Part shown: positions 7,925 to 18,277 of the stretch, one piece after another
Layout of the letters: each line of letters opens with the position of its first letter
How positions within the stretch are numbered: the stretch's first letter is position 1
Assembly (NCBI GenBank): GCA_021654395.1
Contig: AP024486.1
Location: 360,001-392,000 of the forward strand
DNA from: Candidatus Saccharimonadota bacterium
GTDB lineage: Archaea; Micrarchaeota; Micrarchaeia; Micrarchaeales; Micrarchaeaceae
Direction: 5' to 3'
DNA length: 32,000 bases
Notes under the pieces: model-generated
Seen by the model: only the letters and a program-made list of their open reading frames with translations
Told to the model about the DNA's origin: nothing
The model's database searches: none
Translations under genes and position numbers: made by a program

Positions 7925-9007
7925 TCAGAACATCTTGTCTATCTCGTCTAGGCTCTTTATAGTATTATTTATGCTCTCTTCAGTCAGATCTGGGAAGTTA
8001 ACACCTGCTAATACTAATATTATCCTTATAGAGTCTTTCTGCAGATCTGTATCTATTCTAGCTCCAAACTTAAGCAGCGCATCCTTGCTTATTCTTGAGG
8101 ATATCTCTTGGACTATAGACTCTGCTTCTCTTAATGTTAAGCTTTCTCCTCCTATTATATGAACTAAAGCCTTCTTAGCAGTTGTTAGATCTATGTCAAG
8201 TAAAGGACTCTTTACAACATTATCTATTGCAAGCATTCCTCTATTTAGATTCTTGTTACTATTTGGAGTGCCCGGAGCATTATAAGCCTCTCCTATTCCT
8301 ATAACAGCATATCCTGCATCCTTAAGTACTGCCTTAAGATCTGCAAAGTCTATATTAACCATTCCTGGCTTTGTTATCATCTCTACAATACCTTTTGTTG
8401 CATTTGCTAATACCTCATCACATAGCCTAAATGCCATATTTAGTGGCATATCTCCGGCAAAGTTCAGAAGCTTATCATTCTTTATTATTATAGTTGCGTC
8501 AGCAACCTTTCTAAGCTTATTTAAGCCCTCTAACGCATTTTTCATCCTTGTCTTTCCTTCGCTAGAGAATGGCAGTGTTACAATGGCAGTTACTAAAGCT
8601 CCATTATCCTTTGCCTCCTTAGCTATTACGTGAGCCGATCCAGTACCAGTTCCGCCGCCTAAGCCACATGTTATAAATACCATCTGGGCATCTCTAAGGA
8701 GCTCTTTTATCTCGTCCTTGCTCTCCATTGCTGCCTCTTCTCCAACCTTCATATCACTACCAGCTCCAAGGCCTCTAGTTGACTTCTTTCCTAGTAGAAG
8801 CTTCTTATGCGCCTTTATCTTTAGAAGATGAGCAGCATCTGTATTCATAGCTATTAAAGTAGCGCCAGCGACACCTATATTATATAATCTATTAATAGTA
8901 TTACTACCACTACCACCAGCACCAACTATATATATCTTTGGCTTAGATCTCTCTATAAACTTAAGTAGCTCTTCGTCATCTGGAGAAAGATCTTGCATAC
9001 TAATCAT
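7925..9007 (-). CDS. ftsZ: Cell division GTPase FtsZ
   Basis: 360 aa. It has GAGGSGSNTINRL and the tubulin signature GLGGGTGTGSA, and the FtsZ layout is intact. The start may be the second Met (MISMQDL). Confidence 0.95.
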   Translation of the reverse strand: MISMQDLSPDDEELLKFIERSKPKIYIVGAGGSGSNTINRLYNIGVAGATLIAMNTDAAHLLKIKAHKKLLLGKKSTRGLGAGSDMKVGEEAAMESKDEIKELLRDAQMVFITCGLGGGTGTGSAHVIAKEAKDNGALVTAIVTLPFSSEGKTRMKNALEGLNKLRKVADATIIIKNDKLLNFAGDMPLNMAFRLCDEVLANATKGIVEMITKPGMVNIDFADLKAVLKDAGYAVIGIGEAYNAPGTPNSNKNLNRGMLAIDNVVKSPLLDIDLTTAKKALVHIIGGESLTLREAESIVQEISSRISKDALLKFGARIDTDLQKDSIRIILVLAGVNFPDLTEESINNTIKSLDEIDKMF

Positions 9008-9094
9008 TAATTTCTTAGTTTATAAACTAATATAAATCTACATCTTTTTAATATCTTTGTATAAATTAATATTATTATTAAAGGATGTATATTT

Positions 9095-9427
9095 ATGTCA
9101 GAAGAGGAGATCTCAGAGATAAATAAGGCAGAGAAAGAGGCAAGAGCTATAATAGAAGAAGCAGATAAAAAAGCGAAAGAGATATTAGATAAGGCAGAGA
9201 AAGAGGCAAGAGCTATAATAGAAGAAGCCCAGAGTAGCTCTAAGGAGCAATTTAGATCAGAGCTAGAAAGATTTAAGCAGAGCTCAGAGAGCTTTTATAG
9301 ATCAGAGCTCGAAAGCTTTAAAGAGAAGATGCAAAGCTTCAAGAGTGATTTTAAGATTAGCGATAAGGAGATGAAGGAGCTCCTAAGATCCATTGTAGAT
9401 AAGATTAACGATAGTATGAAGCGTTGA
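9095..9427 (+). CDS. atpH: A-type ATP synthase subunit H
   Basis: 110-aa charged helical protein, first gene of the atp operon. It contains internal duplications (see the repeat feature). Confidence 0.75.
   Translation: MSEEEISEINKAEKEARAIIEEADKKAKEILDKAEKEARAIIEEAQSSSKEQFRSELERFKQSSESFYRSELESFKEKMQSFKSDFKISDKEMKELLRSIVDKINDSMKR
9123..9228 (+). repeat. Perfect 40-nt direct repeat inside atpH (copies at 9123-9162 and 9189-9228)
   Basis: ataaggcagagaaagaggcaagagctataatagaagaagc occurs twice, 66 nt (22 codons) apart, encoding KAEKEARAIIEEA twice. A second, imperfect 27-nt duplication (aga tca gag ct. gaa ag. ttt aa.) lies at 9254 and 9299. Confidence 0.9.
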
Positions 9428-11358
9428 TATTGATGTTAAGATCTGAAGAGTGCGAGAAGGTCAGAATAATAGTAGAGAAGAAGGATTTAAACAAACTAGT
9501 ATCTGCTCTGCATGCTGTAGGAGTTTTAGATATCAGAGAGATTAGTATTAAGGATACTCAAAAGATCGATCTCAAGGATTATGAGAGTCTTGTTACAGAG
9601 CTCTCTATAAAGGTTAACTCCTTGCTCGATATTATAAAAGAGTCCTTCGGCTCAGATAAAGCCTTCAAGGCTTATATAAAGAAGCTCTATATAAAGTCAG
9701 AGGATCTTGATCTAAATGCTATAAAAAGTACATTAGATTCTATAAAGTTCACAAGGATCTTAAAAGACAAAGAGGAGTTAGAAGCAAACAAGGATGAGAT
9801 AAATAGATTAAAATCAATACTTCCTATATTAAAGACATTAAGTCAGTTCAAGATAGATGTTGCTGAGCTGAATAACAAAGCAGTATTGAATTATAAGCTT
9901 GTTGTGGTAGATAGGAGATACTTCTACGAGCTAAGAAACAGGCTGAGCAATATAAAGAATCTCGCTGCATATAATAAAGCTCTAGATAAGAATCATTATG
10001 CTTTACTGATAGCTTATAAGAAAGAGCTTGAGCAGGAGGTAGATGCTATACTAAATAGATATGATAAAAGAGAGCTATCTATAGATCTGCTTAACGGTTT
10101 TAGCGGCTCTCCGTACAGCGCATACAAGGAGCTACTGAGAAGGATAAGAGAGCTAGAGAGCAAGAACAAAGAGATAATAAGTAAAATAAAGAGATCTGCA
10201 GATACTACTGTAGATCAGCTTCTTATATTTAAGGAGATACTATCTATACATCAAGATAGAGTTAAGGCTATATCATTAATAGGATCAACAGAAAGCTTTG
10301 CTATAGTAGAGGGCTGGGTACCTGTAAGTAAGAGGCATATGCTAGTTAAGGAGCTTAATGATACTCTATACAAGAGATACAGCATAAGCAATATAAAGAC
10401 TGATGAGCTGCAGCCAACTGTATTAAGAAGGCCAGATATATTAAAGCCATTCGATTACTTCTTAAATCTATACTCTGTACCAAGAAGTGATGAGATAGAT
10501 CCTGGATGGATATTTATTGTATCTTTTATAATATTCTATGGAATGATGATAAGTGATGTAGGCTATGGGCTTGTCTCATTAGTAATAGCCTATCTAATAT
10601 CAAGAGTAACAGATAAAGAGGGCTTAATGCATAATGCAGCTAAGCTATGGATGATCTCTAGTATATCTGCAGTAGTATTTGGTTTGCTCTCTAATGAGTT
10701 CTTTGGATATCAGCTAAGCTTCCTTCCAACAGTTATAGACTGGACAAAGAACGTAATAACACTACTTGCTATAACAGTAATCTTTGGAGTAATACAGGTA
10801 TGCTTGGGCTTAGTCTTTGGATTTCTAAACAAGCTCAATGACTATAGAAAAGAGGCAGATAAGAAAGAGCTTATGGTTGCTATAAGCAAACTAACATCTA
10901 TACTAGTAATTGTATTTGGAGCGATAGCAGTCTCTGGCTATCTGTTTAATCTTATAAAAGGAGAGATAGTACTAATCTCTGCTATAATAGCAATAGTCTC
11001 AATAGTACTTACAGTTATTCTTGGAGGTATAGAGGGAGCAGAGGTAACAAACCTTATAACGCATCCTATAAGCTATGCTAGAATACTCGGATTCGGACTT
11101 GCAAGTATAATAATAGCAACGCTAATAGATAATGGATTTACTCCTGTATTATCTAAAGGCTTGCTATCTGTTGTAATATCTACTATAGTGCTTCTTCTAT
11201 TGCAGTTTCTTAATATAATACTTTCAATGCTTGAAGGCTTAATACAAGCAATGAGATTAAATTTTGTTGAGTTCTTTACAAAGTTCTATAAAGGAAATGG
11301 GGATCCTTACAAGCCATTTAAAGAGAAGAGAGTTTATACTTACAAGAGGGTGATATAG
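9424..11358 (+). CDS. atpI: A-type ATP synthase subunit I (membrane stator/a-subunit)
   Basis: 644 aa with a soluble N-terminal half, a multi-TM C-terminal half and the terminal RLNFVEFFTKFYKGNG..YKPF block. The TTG at 9424 overlaps the atpH stop; the ATG at 9433 is the more likely start. Confidence 0.9.
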   Translation: MILMLRSEECEKVRIIVEKKDLNKLVSALHAVGVLDIREISIKDTQKIDLKDYESLVTELSIKVNSLLDIIKESFGSDKAFKAYIKKLYIKSEDLDLNAIKSTLDSIKFTRILKDKEELEANKDEINRLKSILPILKTLSQFKIDVAELNNKAVLNYKLVVVDRRYFYELRNRLSNIKNLAAYNKALDKNHYALLIAYKKELEQEVDAILNRYDKRELSIDLLNGFSGSPYSAYKELLRRIRELESKNKEIISKIKRSADTTVDQLLIFKEILSIHQDRVKAISLIGSTESFAIVEGWVPVSKRHMLVKELNDTLYKRYSISNIKTDELQPTVLRRPDILKPFDYFLNLYSVPRSDEIDPGWIFIVSFIIFYGMMISDVGYGLVSLVIAYLISRVTDKEGLMHNAAKLWMISSISAVVFGLLSNEFFGYQLSFLPTVIDWTKNVITLLAITVIFGVIQVCLGLVFGFLNKLNDYRKEADKKELMVAISKLTSILVIVFGAIAVSGYLFNLIKGEIVLISAIIAIVSIVLTVILGGIEGAEVTNLITHPISYARILGFGLASIIIATLIDNGFTPVLSKGLLSVVISTIVLLLLQFLNIILSMLEGLIQAMRLNFVEFFTKFYKGNGDPYKPFKEKRVYTYKRVI

Positions 11359-11360
11359 AT

Positions 11361-11597
11361 ATGACTATAGATATAAATGCTGCTATTGCAGCGATAGGTG
11401 CAGGAATAGCTATAGCAGGAGGTGCGATAGGAACAGGTGTTGCTCAGTCAGCAATAGGTAGTGCAGGCCTTGGCCTTTATGCAGAGAATCCAAAGGACTT
11501 AGGAATAGCAATACTGTTCTTAGTACTTCCGGAAACACTAGTGATCTTCGGACTAGTAATAGCTATACTTATAATGCTAGCAGCAGGCCTAGTATGA
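11361..11597 (+). CDS. atpK: A-type ATP synthase subunit K (proteolipid c-subunit, single hairpin)
   Basis: 78 aa with a Gly/Ala-rich helix 1, the loop AENPK, and a helix 2 carrying the ion-binding Glu (LPETLVIFGLV). GGGTGAT Shine-Dalgarno-like motif upstream. Confidence 0.9.
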   Translation: MTIDINAAIAAIGAGIAIAGGAIGTGVAQSAIGSAGLGLYAENPKDLGIAILFLVLPETLVIFGLVIAILIMLAAGLV

Positions 11598-11602
11598 TGT
11601 AG

Positions 11603-12202
11603 ATGGCCTTAGGAGATCTAAAAGATTCATTAATAAATGAAGCAAGAAAGCAGGCCTCTGCAAAGATAGCAGAGGCGAATAGTAAAGCAAAGGCGATAGT
11701 AGAGGATGCAAAGAAAGAAGCAGATAGAATAAAAGAGGAGAATAATAGAAAGATAAGCAGCGAGAAGGATCTAATAGAGAAGGAGATGAGAGCGAGTACA
11801 GATATAGAGAAGAAGCTAATTAAGCTAAATACAGTTCAAGAGATCGCAGATAGCTACCTAGATGAGATAAAGAAGGAGCTAAAAGAGAGCTTAGAGAGCA
11901 AAGATCTTCTAACAGCTATAGTAGATAAGGCATTATCTTATATAAAGAGCAACCTACAAGACAGAGATATAGTACTATATGCTGGAGCTAAAACTCAGAA
12001 GCTGATACCAAAGAGCAAGGGTATTAAGGTAAAGAAGATGGATGAGGAAGGAGTTATAATAACAGATGAGTCAGATAGCTTCAAGATAGATCTCTCAGTA
12101 AAGAGCTTAATAGAAAGGAATAGCAGGTTAATAAGATCAGAGCTTATAAGGTTTATAAGAGAGAAGCTTAATGATATAGATGAGCAAGGTAAGAAGGTAT
12201 AG
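11603..12202 (+). CDS. atpE: A-type ATP synthase subunit E
   Basis: 199 aa with a long charged N-terminal helix and a globular C-terminus. Operon position between K and C. Confidence 0.8.
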   Translation: MALGDLKDSLINEARKQASAKIAEANSKAKAIVEDAKKEADRIKEENNRKISSEKDLIEKEMRASTDIEKKLIKLNTVQEIADSYLDEIKKELKESLESKDLLTAIVDKALSYIKSNLQDRDIVLYAGAKTQKLIPKSKGIKVKKMDEEGVIITDESDSFKIDLSVKSLIERNSRLIRSELIRFIREKLNDIDEQGKKV

Positions 12203-13202
12203 CTACTCAAATGCGAGAGCTAAGAGGCTATATGCTGAGCTGCTAAAGCCTTCTCAGCTAGAGGAGATAATGCATCTTAAGGATGTAAGCTCTATACTTA
12301 ATTACATATACAAGACAAGCTACTCTAAGTATATAGATGCAGCAGCATCAAGAGTAAATCAGGATGATAAGCTTGCGTTAATAGATTATGCAGTCTCATT
12401 ATCAATATCAGATGCATATAGGAAGCTAAGAGCAGCGCTGCCTATAGATATACTAGATCAGTACTATATAATCTTTGATAAGCCAGATATAGATAATATC
12501 TCCTTAATGATCTCATCTAAGCTATACGGTATAGATAGCTCGATTGTTTTAAGAAGGATTATAGAAACGAGAAATATAAAGATGGAGCTTGTAAGGCAGA
12601 TTATAAACGAGAGCAACGTAAGCTCATTAATAAGAAGATTAAAAGAGAGCATAAATGACAGATTTGTATTAAGGATATTAGATAGCATAAGTAATAAGCA
12701 GGATGTATTGATAGCAGATCAGCTAGATAGCTATTACTATAAGGAGCTCTCTAAGCTGATAGTAAGAGCGAAGAGTGAGGATCTTGATACTGCTAAGCTG
12801 ATAAAGTATATGCTAGAGGCTTATAATATAAGGATTCTAATAAGATCAAAGCTATACCATATAAGTCAAGAGCTTATAAGCAGCTTATTAATACAGAATG
12901 CTATAACTAAAGGAGATTCATTGAATAGATTGATAGCAGCAGATAGCATTAAGCAGCTAGTAAGCAACATAAGGAGCATCGATCTAACAAAGGCCTTAGA
13001 GAGCTATGAGAAGGAGAATAAGCTATATCCCTTTGAGGTTGGTATAGACAGATACATCTTTGACAAGATAGATAAGATACTAAGAGTAAAGGTCTTTTCA
13101 TTATCAACTATAGTTGGATACTTAACATTAAAGGAGTATGAGACAGCATTATTAAGATATGCTATAGGAAGTAAGATATATAATATAGCTGAGCAGATAT
13201 GA
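12180..13202 (+). CDS. atpC: A-type ATP synthase subunit C
   Basis: 340 aa with the N-terminal YSYSNARAKRL motif typical of subunit C (d-subunit family). It overlaps atpE by 23 nt. Confidence 0.85.
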   Translation: MSKVRRYSYSNARAKRLYAELLKPSQLEEIMHLKDVSSILNYIYKTSYSKYIDAAASRVNQDDKLALIDYAVSLSISDAYRKLRAALPIDILDQYYIIFDKPDIDNISLMISSKLYGIDSSIVLRRIIETRNIKMELVRQIINESNVSSLIRRLKESINDRFVLRILDSISNKQDVLIADQLDSYYYKELSKLIVRAKSEDLDTAKLIKYMLEAYNIRILIRSKLYHISQELISSLLIQNAITKGDSLNRLIAADSIKQLVSNIRSIDLTKALESYEKENKLYPFEVGIDRYIFDKIDKILRVKVFSLSTIVGYLTLKEYETALLRYAIGSKIYNIAEQI

Positions 13203-13531
13203 ATGGTAGAATAGCAGTTATAGGGGATAAGATAATGGTAGATGGATTCATGAGTATCGGAATAAAGGATACATTCCAGATAGATAACGATAAGCAGCTT
13301 AAGGATGCATTAGATTCAGTTATAAAGAACAACGAGATCGCATTAGTTATAATACAAGAGTCACTAGTAGACAGACTTAATCAGAGAGATAGGGATAATA
13401 TACAGAAGAGCGTTAGGCCATTATTTATAGAGATTCCTGGATTTAATGAGAAAGAGGTTCATACAGAGAGATTGAGAGATCTTATACTTAGAGCATTAGG
13501 TATAGATATATCTAATAGATACAAGATATAG
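13199..13531 (+). CDS. atpF: A-type ATP synthase subunit F
   Basis: 110 aa with RIAVIGDKIMVDGFMSIGI, typical of subunit F. ATGA overlap with atpC. Confidence 0.85.
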   Translation: MNGRIAVIGDKIMVDGFMSIGIKDTFQIDNDKQLKDALDSVIKNNEIALVIIQESLVDRLNQRDRDNIQKSVRPLFIEIPGFNEKEVHTERLRDLILRALGIDISNRYKI

Positions 13532-13543
13532 AAGGTGTTAAAT

Positions 13544-15298
13544 ATGGGATACATATATAGAATATCTGGCCCTCTGGTAATAGCAGAGGATATGAGAGGA
13601 AGCAAGATGTATGATGTTGTAAGAGTTGGAGATGAAGGATTAATAGGAGAGATTATTAGGTTAAATGGTAGCAGAGCAACTATACAGGTATATGAGGATA
13701 CAACAGGATTAAAGCCCAAGGAGCCAGTAAGATCTACGAATAAGCCTTTATCTATTGAAGCAGGTCCTGGGATGCTTACTCATATCTTTGATGGACTACA
13801 AAGGCCCTTAGATCATATCTTTGAGCTTCTTGGTCCATTTATAAAGAGAGGTGTAGAGGAGCCTGCATTAGATAGAAAGAAGGAATGGGAGTTTATAAAG
13901 CTGGATAGCATAAAGAAGAAAGATAAGCTTAGTGAGATGCAGATTATAGGATACGTTCAAGAGACACCATTAATAAAGCATTATATAATGCTTCCTCCTG
14001 GAGTTAGGGGAACTCTAACAGAGATAAATGAAGGCAAGTTTACAGTAGAGGATACAATAGCAGTTGTTGAGAGCAATGGAAAGAAAGAGGAGATAAAGCT
14101 TATGCACTATAGGCCTGTAAGAAAGCAATCTCCATATAAAGAGAGAGTTAAGGTATTGGAGCCGATGCTTACAGGTCAGAGGGTCATAGATACATTCTTC
14201 CCAATACTAAAAGGAGGAACTGCTGCTATACCGGGTCCATTCGGATCTGGAAAGACAGTAACACAGCATCAGCTAGCTAAGTTCTCAGATGCTAATATCG
14301 TTGTTTATATAGGCTGTGGAGAGAGAGGCAATGAGATGACAGAGGTACTAACAGAGTTTCCAGAGCTAACAGATCCACATACAGGAAGGCCACTACTAGA
14401 GAGAACCGTAATGATAGCAAATACTAGCAACATGCCAGTAGCTGCGAGAGAAGCGAGTATATATACAGGAGTTGCGATAGCAGAGTACTTTAGAGATATG
14501 GGCTACTCCATAGCATTGATGGCGGACTCAACATCAAGATGGGCAGAGGCGATGAGAGAGATATCAGCAAGATTAGAAGAGATGCCAGGAGAAGAGGGAT
14601 ATCCAGCATATCTGCCAAAGAGATTAGCAGAGTTCTATGAAAGGGCAGGAAGATTTGTAAATCTTAATAATACAAGCGGAAGTATATCTATAATAGGAGC
14701 AGTATCACCACCAGGTGGAGATATATCTGAGCCAGTGTCTCAAGCAACATTAAGAGTAGTTAAGGCATACTGGGGCTTAGATGCATCCTTAGCAAATGCT
14801 AGACATTTTCCAGCAATCAACTGGTTAACAAGTTACTCTCTATATGCAGCAGATCTAAGAGAATGGTTTAATACAAATGTTGCAGAAGACTTCTCAGTAA
14901 ATAGAGATGCTGCACTAGAGATACTCCAGAAGGAGAAGGAGCTAAAGGATATAGCTCAACTAGTAGGAGTAGATGCCTTACCAGAGGATCAGAAGCTTCT
15001 ATTAGAGATTGGTAAGATGATAAGAGAGGACTTTTTAAGGCAGAATGCATTTGATCCAATAGACCAGTACTCAACAATAAAGAAGCAGTATCTAATGCTA
15101 AAGATTATAATGGCATTCTATAAGCTAGCAAGAGATGCAGTAAGCAGCGGAGTTAGCGTAGATTCATTAGTCAAGAGCAATGTAAGAGCAGAGATATCAA
15201 GAATGAAAGAGGTTAAGAATGAAGACTTTGAGAGCTTCTATAATAGTATAATAGAGAAGATGAATAACGAGATCGCTTCTATTAAGGCCAAGATATAA
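13544..15298 (+). CDS. atpA: A-type ATP synthase catalytic subunit A
   Basis: The ORF is open from GTG 13535. The ATG at 13544 follows a GGTG motif. It has [12 protein letters not shown], Walker [25 protein letters not shown] and [10 protein letters not shown]. The length is normal, so there is no intein. Confidence 0.96.
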   Translation: MGYIYRISGPLVIAEDMRGSKMYDVVRVGDEGLIGEIIRLNGSRATIQVYEDTTGLKPKEPVRSTNKPLSIEAGPGMLTHIFDGLQRPLDHIFELLGPFIKRGVEEPALDRKKEWEFIKLDSIKKKDKLSEMQIIGYVQETPLIKHYIMLPPGVRGTLTEINEGKFTVEDTIAVVESNGKKEEIKLMHYRPVRKQSPYKERVKVLEPMLTGQRVIDTFFPILKGGTAAIPGPFGSGKTVTQHQLAKFSDANIVVYIGCGERGNEMTEVLTEFPELTDPHTGRPLLERTVMIANTSNMPVAAREASIYTGVAIAEYFRDMGYSIALMADSTSRWAEAMREISARLEEMPGEEGYPAYLPKRLAEFYERAGRFVNLNNTSGSISIIGAVSPPGGDISEPVSQATLRVVKAYWGLDASLANARHFPAINWLTSYSLYAADLREWFNTNVAEDFSVNRDAALEILQKEKELKDIAQLVGVDALPEDQKLLLEIGKMIREDFLRQNAFDPIDQYSTIKKQYLMLKIIMAFYKLARDAVSSGVSVDSLVKSNVRAEISRMKEVKNEDFESFYNSIIEKMNNEIASIKAKI

Positions 15299-15300
15299 GG

Positions 15301-16683
15301 ATGATATATATGATAGAGAGAGAGTATAAAACTATAAAAGAGGTGTATGGTCCTTTAGTGGTGGTAGATAAGATAAATGATGCTCAGTATAATGAGATCG
15401 TAAGAATAAATGTAAATGGAGAGGAGAGGCTAGGTCAAGTAATAGATACAACAAGTGACTTTGCAGTAGTTGAGATATTCGGTGATAATACAGGCTTAGA
15501 TATAGAAAGCTCAAGCGTAAGCTTTACTGGAGAGCCTCTACTATTCGGAGTCTCAGAGGATATGCTTGGAAGGATATTCAATGGAAGAGGAGAGCCGATA
15601 GATGCAAAGGTCGATTATCTTGTAAGAGAGAAAAGAGATATAAATCAAACAATAATAAATCCTGCAGCAAGAGCGATGCCTAACGATTTCATTGAAACAG
15701 GAATATCAACAATAGACGCGTTAATAACACTAGTAAGAGGTCAGAAGCTGCCAATCTTTGCTGCATCAGGACTAAGATATAATGATCTTGCTGCTCAGAT
15801 AACTAGACAAGCAAAGGTGTTGCATAAAGACATAGAGTTTGCTGTTGTATTTGCTGGAATAGGAATAACTCATGATGATGCTCAATTCTTCATAGACTCA
15901 TTCAGAAAGACAGGTGCATTAAGTAGAGCAGTTGCATTTATAAATACAGCAGACGATCCAAGCATAGAGAGAATACTAACACCAAGATTAGCTTTAACAA
16001 CAGCAGAGTATCTAGCATTTGATCATGGAATGGATGTTCTAGTAATAATGACTGATATGACTAACTACTGCGAAGCTTTAAGAGAGCTATCAAGCGCAAG
16101 AGATGAGGTACCTGGAAGAAGAGGATATCCAGGATATATGTATACAGATCTTGCAACATTATATGAGAGAGCAGGTCTTATAAAAGGAAAGAATGGAAGT
16201 ATAACTCAATTAGATATACTAACAATGCCAAATGATGATATAACACATCCTATTCCGGACTTAACAGGATATATAACAGAAGGACAGATATATATGAGCA
16301 GAGATCTTGCAAACAAAGGAATATATCCACCAATAAATCCATTGCTATCATTATCGAGACTGATGAATAATGGAATAGGAGAAGGAAAGACAAGAGCAGA
16401 CCACAGAGGAGTCGCCGATCAGCTCTTTGGATCTTATGCAAGATCTATAGATGTAAGGAATATGAGCACTATAATAGGTCAGGATGCATTATCAGATATA
16501 GATAAAAAGTATCTTGCATTTGGAGATGCATTTGAGAAGAGATTTATAAATCAAGGATTATATGAAGATAGATCTATAGAGGAGACATTAAGTATAGGCT
16601 GGGATCTATTATCTATGCTACCAGAGACAGAGCTTATAAGAATAAAGACAGAGTTTATAAAGAAGTACTATAAGAAGAGCTGA
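15301..16683 (+). CDS. atpB: A-type ATP synthase subunit B
   Basis: 460 aa with [37 protein letters not shown] and the [20 protein letters not shown] blocks. Confidence 0.96.
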   Translation: MIYMIEREYKTIKEVYGPLVVVDKINDAQYNEIVRINVNGEERLGQVIDTTSDFAVVEIFGDNTGLDIESSSVSFTGEPLLFGVSEDMLGRIFNGRGEPIDAKVDYLVREKRDINQTIINPAARAMPNDFIETGISTIDALITLVRGQKLPIFAASGLRYNDLAAQITRQAKVLHKDIEFAVVFAGIGITHDDAQFFIDSFRKTGALSRAVAFINTADDPSIERILTPRLALTTAEYLAFDHGMDVLVIMTDMTNYCEALRELSSARDEVPGRRGYPGYMYTDLATLYERAGLIKGKNGSITQLDILTMPNDDITHPIPDLTGYITEGQIYMSRDLANKGIYPPINPLLSLSRLMNNGIGEGKTRADHRGVADQLFGSYARSIDVRNMSTIIGQDALSDIDKKYLAFGDAFEKRFINQGLYEDRSIEETLSIGWDLLSMLPETELIRIKTEFIKKYYKKS

Positions 16684-16688
16684 TTATA

Positions 16689-17306
16689 ATGCCTGATGTA
16701 AAGCCTACTAGAATAAATCTGATAAACATAAAGAACTACATAAAGATAGTCAAGAATGGATACTCGATACTAAAAAGAAAGAGAGAGAGCTTAGTAATAG
16801 AGTTTATGAAGATATTAAAGGAGGAGTCTTACTCTAGAGCAGATCTATACAATATATTGCAGAGCGCTTATAGAACAGCAGCATTTAGTATATCTTACTA
16901 TGGAGAGCAGAATGTACTTAGAGTCGCATCTTATATAAGCAACAAGTATACTCTAAGTATAGACTCGAAGAATATAATGGGTGTAAAGATACCTCTACTG
17001 CAAGGAGAGATAGAGCTTTCATCATCATTATTAACATCTAGGCTATTCTTTGATGATATATTCAACAACTTCAGCAAATCTTTAGATATGCTTATAAAGA
17101 TTGCAAAGAAGGAGGAGAGCTTAGTCAGATTAGTTAATGAGATAGACAAGACTAAGCGCAGAGTAAACGCTCTTGAGTATATACATATACCTAAGCTACA
17201 GCAGCAAGCGAACTATATAAAGACAGTACTAGCAGAGCAAGAGAGAGATATGTTCTCTTCATTAAAGCATGTTAAGAAGAAGATAGCATCATCAAGCAGA
17301 TACTGA
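16689..17306 (+). CDS. atpD: A-type ATP synthase subunit D (central stalk)
   Basis: 205 aa with KPTRINLINIK...GYSILKRKRESLVIEF, typical of subunit D. Last gene of the operon. Confidence 0.88.
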   Translation: MPDVKPTRINLINIKNYIKIVKNGYSILKRKRESLVIEFMKILKEESYSRADLYNILQSAYRTAAFSISYYGEQNVLRVASYISNKYTLSIDSKNIMGVKIPLLQGEIELSSSLLTSRLFFDDIFNNFSKSLDMLIKIAKKEESLVRLVNEIDKTKRRVNALEYIHIPKLQQQANYIKTVLAEQERDMFSSLKHVKKKIASSSRY

Positions 17307-17416
17307 TCTTTAATTTTATATTATTTATAGAGAACGCTTAAAAAAGATAAAGCCATTTCTATAAGTACAGCTTAATAAGGAGATTAAGTATTAGGATTAG
17401 ATAGCTTTTTAATAAA

Positions 17417-17502
17417 TGCAGGGGGTGAGATTTGAACTCACGTAGGCACTAGGCCAACGGATCTTGAGTCCGTCGCATTTGACCAGGCTCTGCCACCCCT
17501 GC
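17417..17502 (-). tRNA. tRNA-Leu (anticodon CAA), class II with long variable arm, no encoded CCA
   Basis: The reverse complement folds by hand as acceptor GCAGGGG/CCCCTGC, D arm GCA-GAGCCTGGTCAAA-TGC, anticodon arm ACGGA-CTCAAGA-TCCGT, a 15-nt variable arm, T arm GTGAG-TTCAAAT-CTCAC and discriminator A. Length 86 nt. Confidence 0.9.
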
Positions 17503-17563
17503 ATTAAGCTTTAGAGGTCTATAATAAGATTTTAGATAGAGAGATTTAAAAAGCTTTGAAGAA

Positions 17564-18124
17564 TTAGATAGCTTTCTTTATATCCTCAATCTCATCCTTA
17601 ATATTCTGAATAGCCTCTTTTAATGCTCTCTTTGGAGGCATCTGACCAAAGCTCTCTACGTAAAACTCTATACGCGAGTCATCTTTTATCTCATAGGATG
17701 CTAAAGCTGCTTGAAACTTTGCATGCCTCTTAGCATCTCCAAGAACAGCTTTGCCTTCTAGTATAAGCTCTTGATTCTCTCCAAGCTTTATTATTGGTAT
17801 ATTTGTATTAGCCACTTTTACATAAGGATCCTCGCTCTTTAGATCCTTTGAATAGACTGTTACTGGCCCTTTTGCCTCTAATCTAAATAGAACAGACTCT
17901 TCAGTACGCTTCTCTGGCGTCTCTATAGGAATTAATCCTATCCTATGCGCAATATACTCATCAAACATAGCGCTTGTATTCTTGTAAACTGTTACTGTAT
18001 CTATAGCATACGTCTTAACGCTATTTATTACAGCCCTTCTAATAGCATTAACAAGAGCTATATCGCTATTCTTAAATGTAAGCTTTAAGCTATTCTGATC
18101 CTCTTCATTAATAGCTACTTCCAT
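17564..18124 (-). CDS. rpoD: DNA-directed RNA polymerase subunit D (Rpo3), short cysteine-free form
   Basis: 186 aa with ALVNAIRRAVINSV...AID.V.....S...DEYIAHRIGLIPI, the alpha/D/Rpb3 dimerisation-domain signature. The protein contains no Cys, so it cannot have an Fe-S domain. Confidence 0.85.
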   Translation of the reverse strand: MEVAINEEDQNSLKLTFKNSDIALVNAIRRAVINSVKTYAIDTVTVYKNTSAMFDEYIAHRIGLIPIETPEKRTEESVLFRLEAKGPVTVYSKDLKSEDPYVKVANTNIPIIKLGENQELILEGKAVLGDAKRHAKFQAALASYEIKDDSRIEFYVESFGQMPPKRALKEAIQNIKDEIEDIKKAI

Positions 18125-18203
18125 GAGATCACTATATATATTAAGTTAATATATTATTTAAATATCTTGCTTATTTAATCTATTAATACAAATCTATATG
18201 TAA

Positions 18204-18276
18204 GCGGGCGTAGTCTAGCCTGGTAGGACGTTGCCTTGCCAAGGCAGAAACCCGGGTTCAAATCCCGGCACCCGCA
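18204..18276 (+). tRNA. tRNA-Gly (anticodon GCC), no encoded CCA
   Basis: Hand fold: acceptor GCGGGCG/CACCCGC (C6:A67 mismatch), D arm GTCT-AGCCTGGTA-GGAC, anticodon arm TTGCC-TTGCCAA-GGCAG, 4-nt variable loop, T arm CCGGG-TTCAAAT-CCCGG and discriminator A. Length 73 nt. Confidence 0.88.
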
Positions 18277-18277
18277 T

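Noticed and set aside
13544-15298. Intein in the ATP synthase A subunit (known in some archaea)
   Set aside because: The protein is of ordinary length (about 585 aa). The sequence around the P-loop and catalytic blocks is continuous, with no insertion.
11995-17149. Seven minus-strand ORFs of 60-86 aa inside the ATP synthase operon (11995-12210, 12464-12688, 13459-13719, 14868-15077, 15332-15514, 16250-16441, 16931-17149)
   Set aside because: All are antisense to strongly conserved atp genes and have Leu/Ser-rich low-complexity translations. They are shadow ORFs caused by the purine-rich coding strand.
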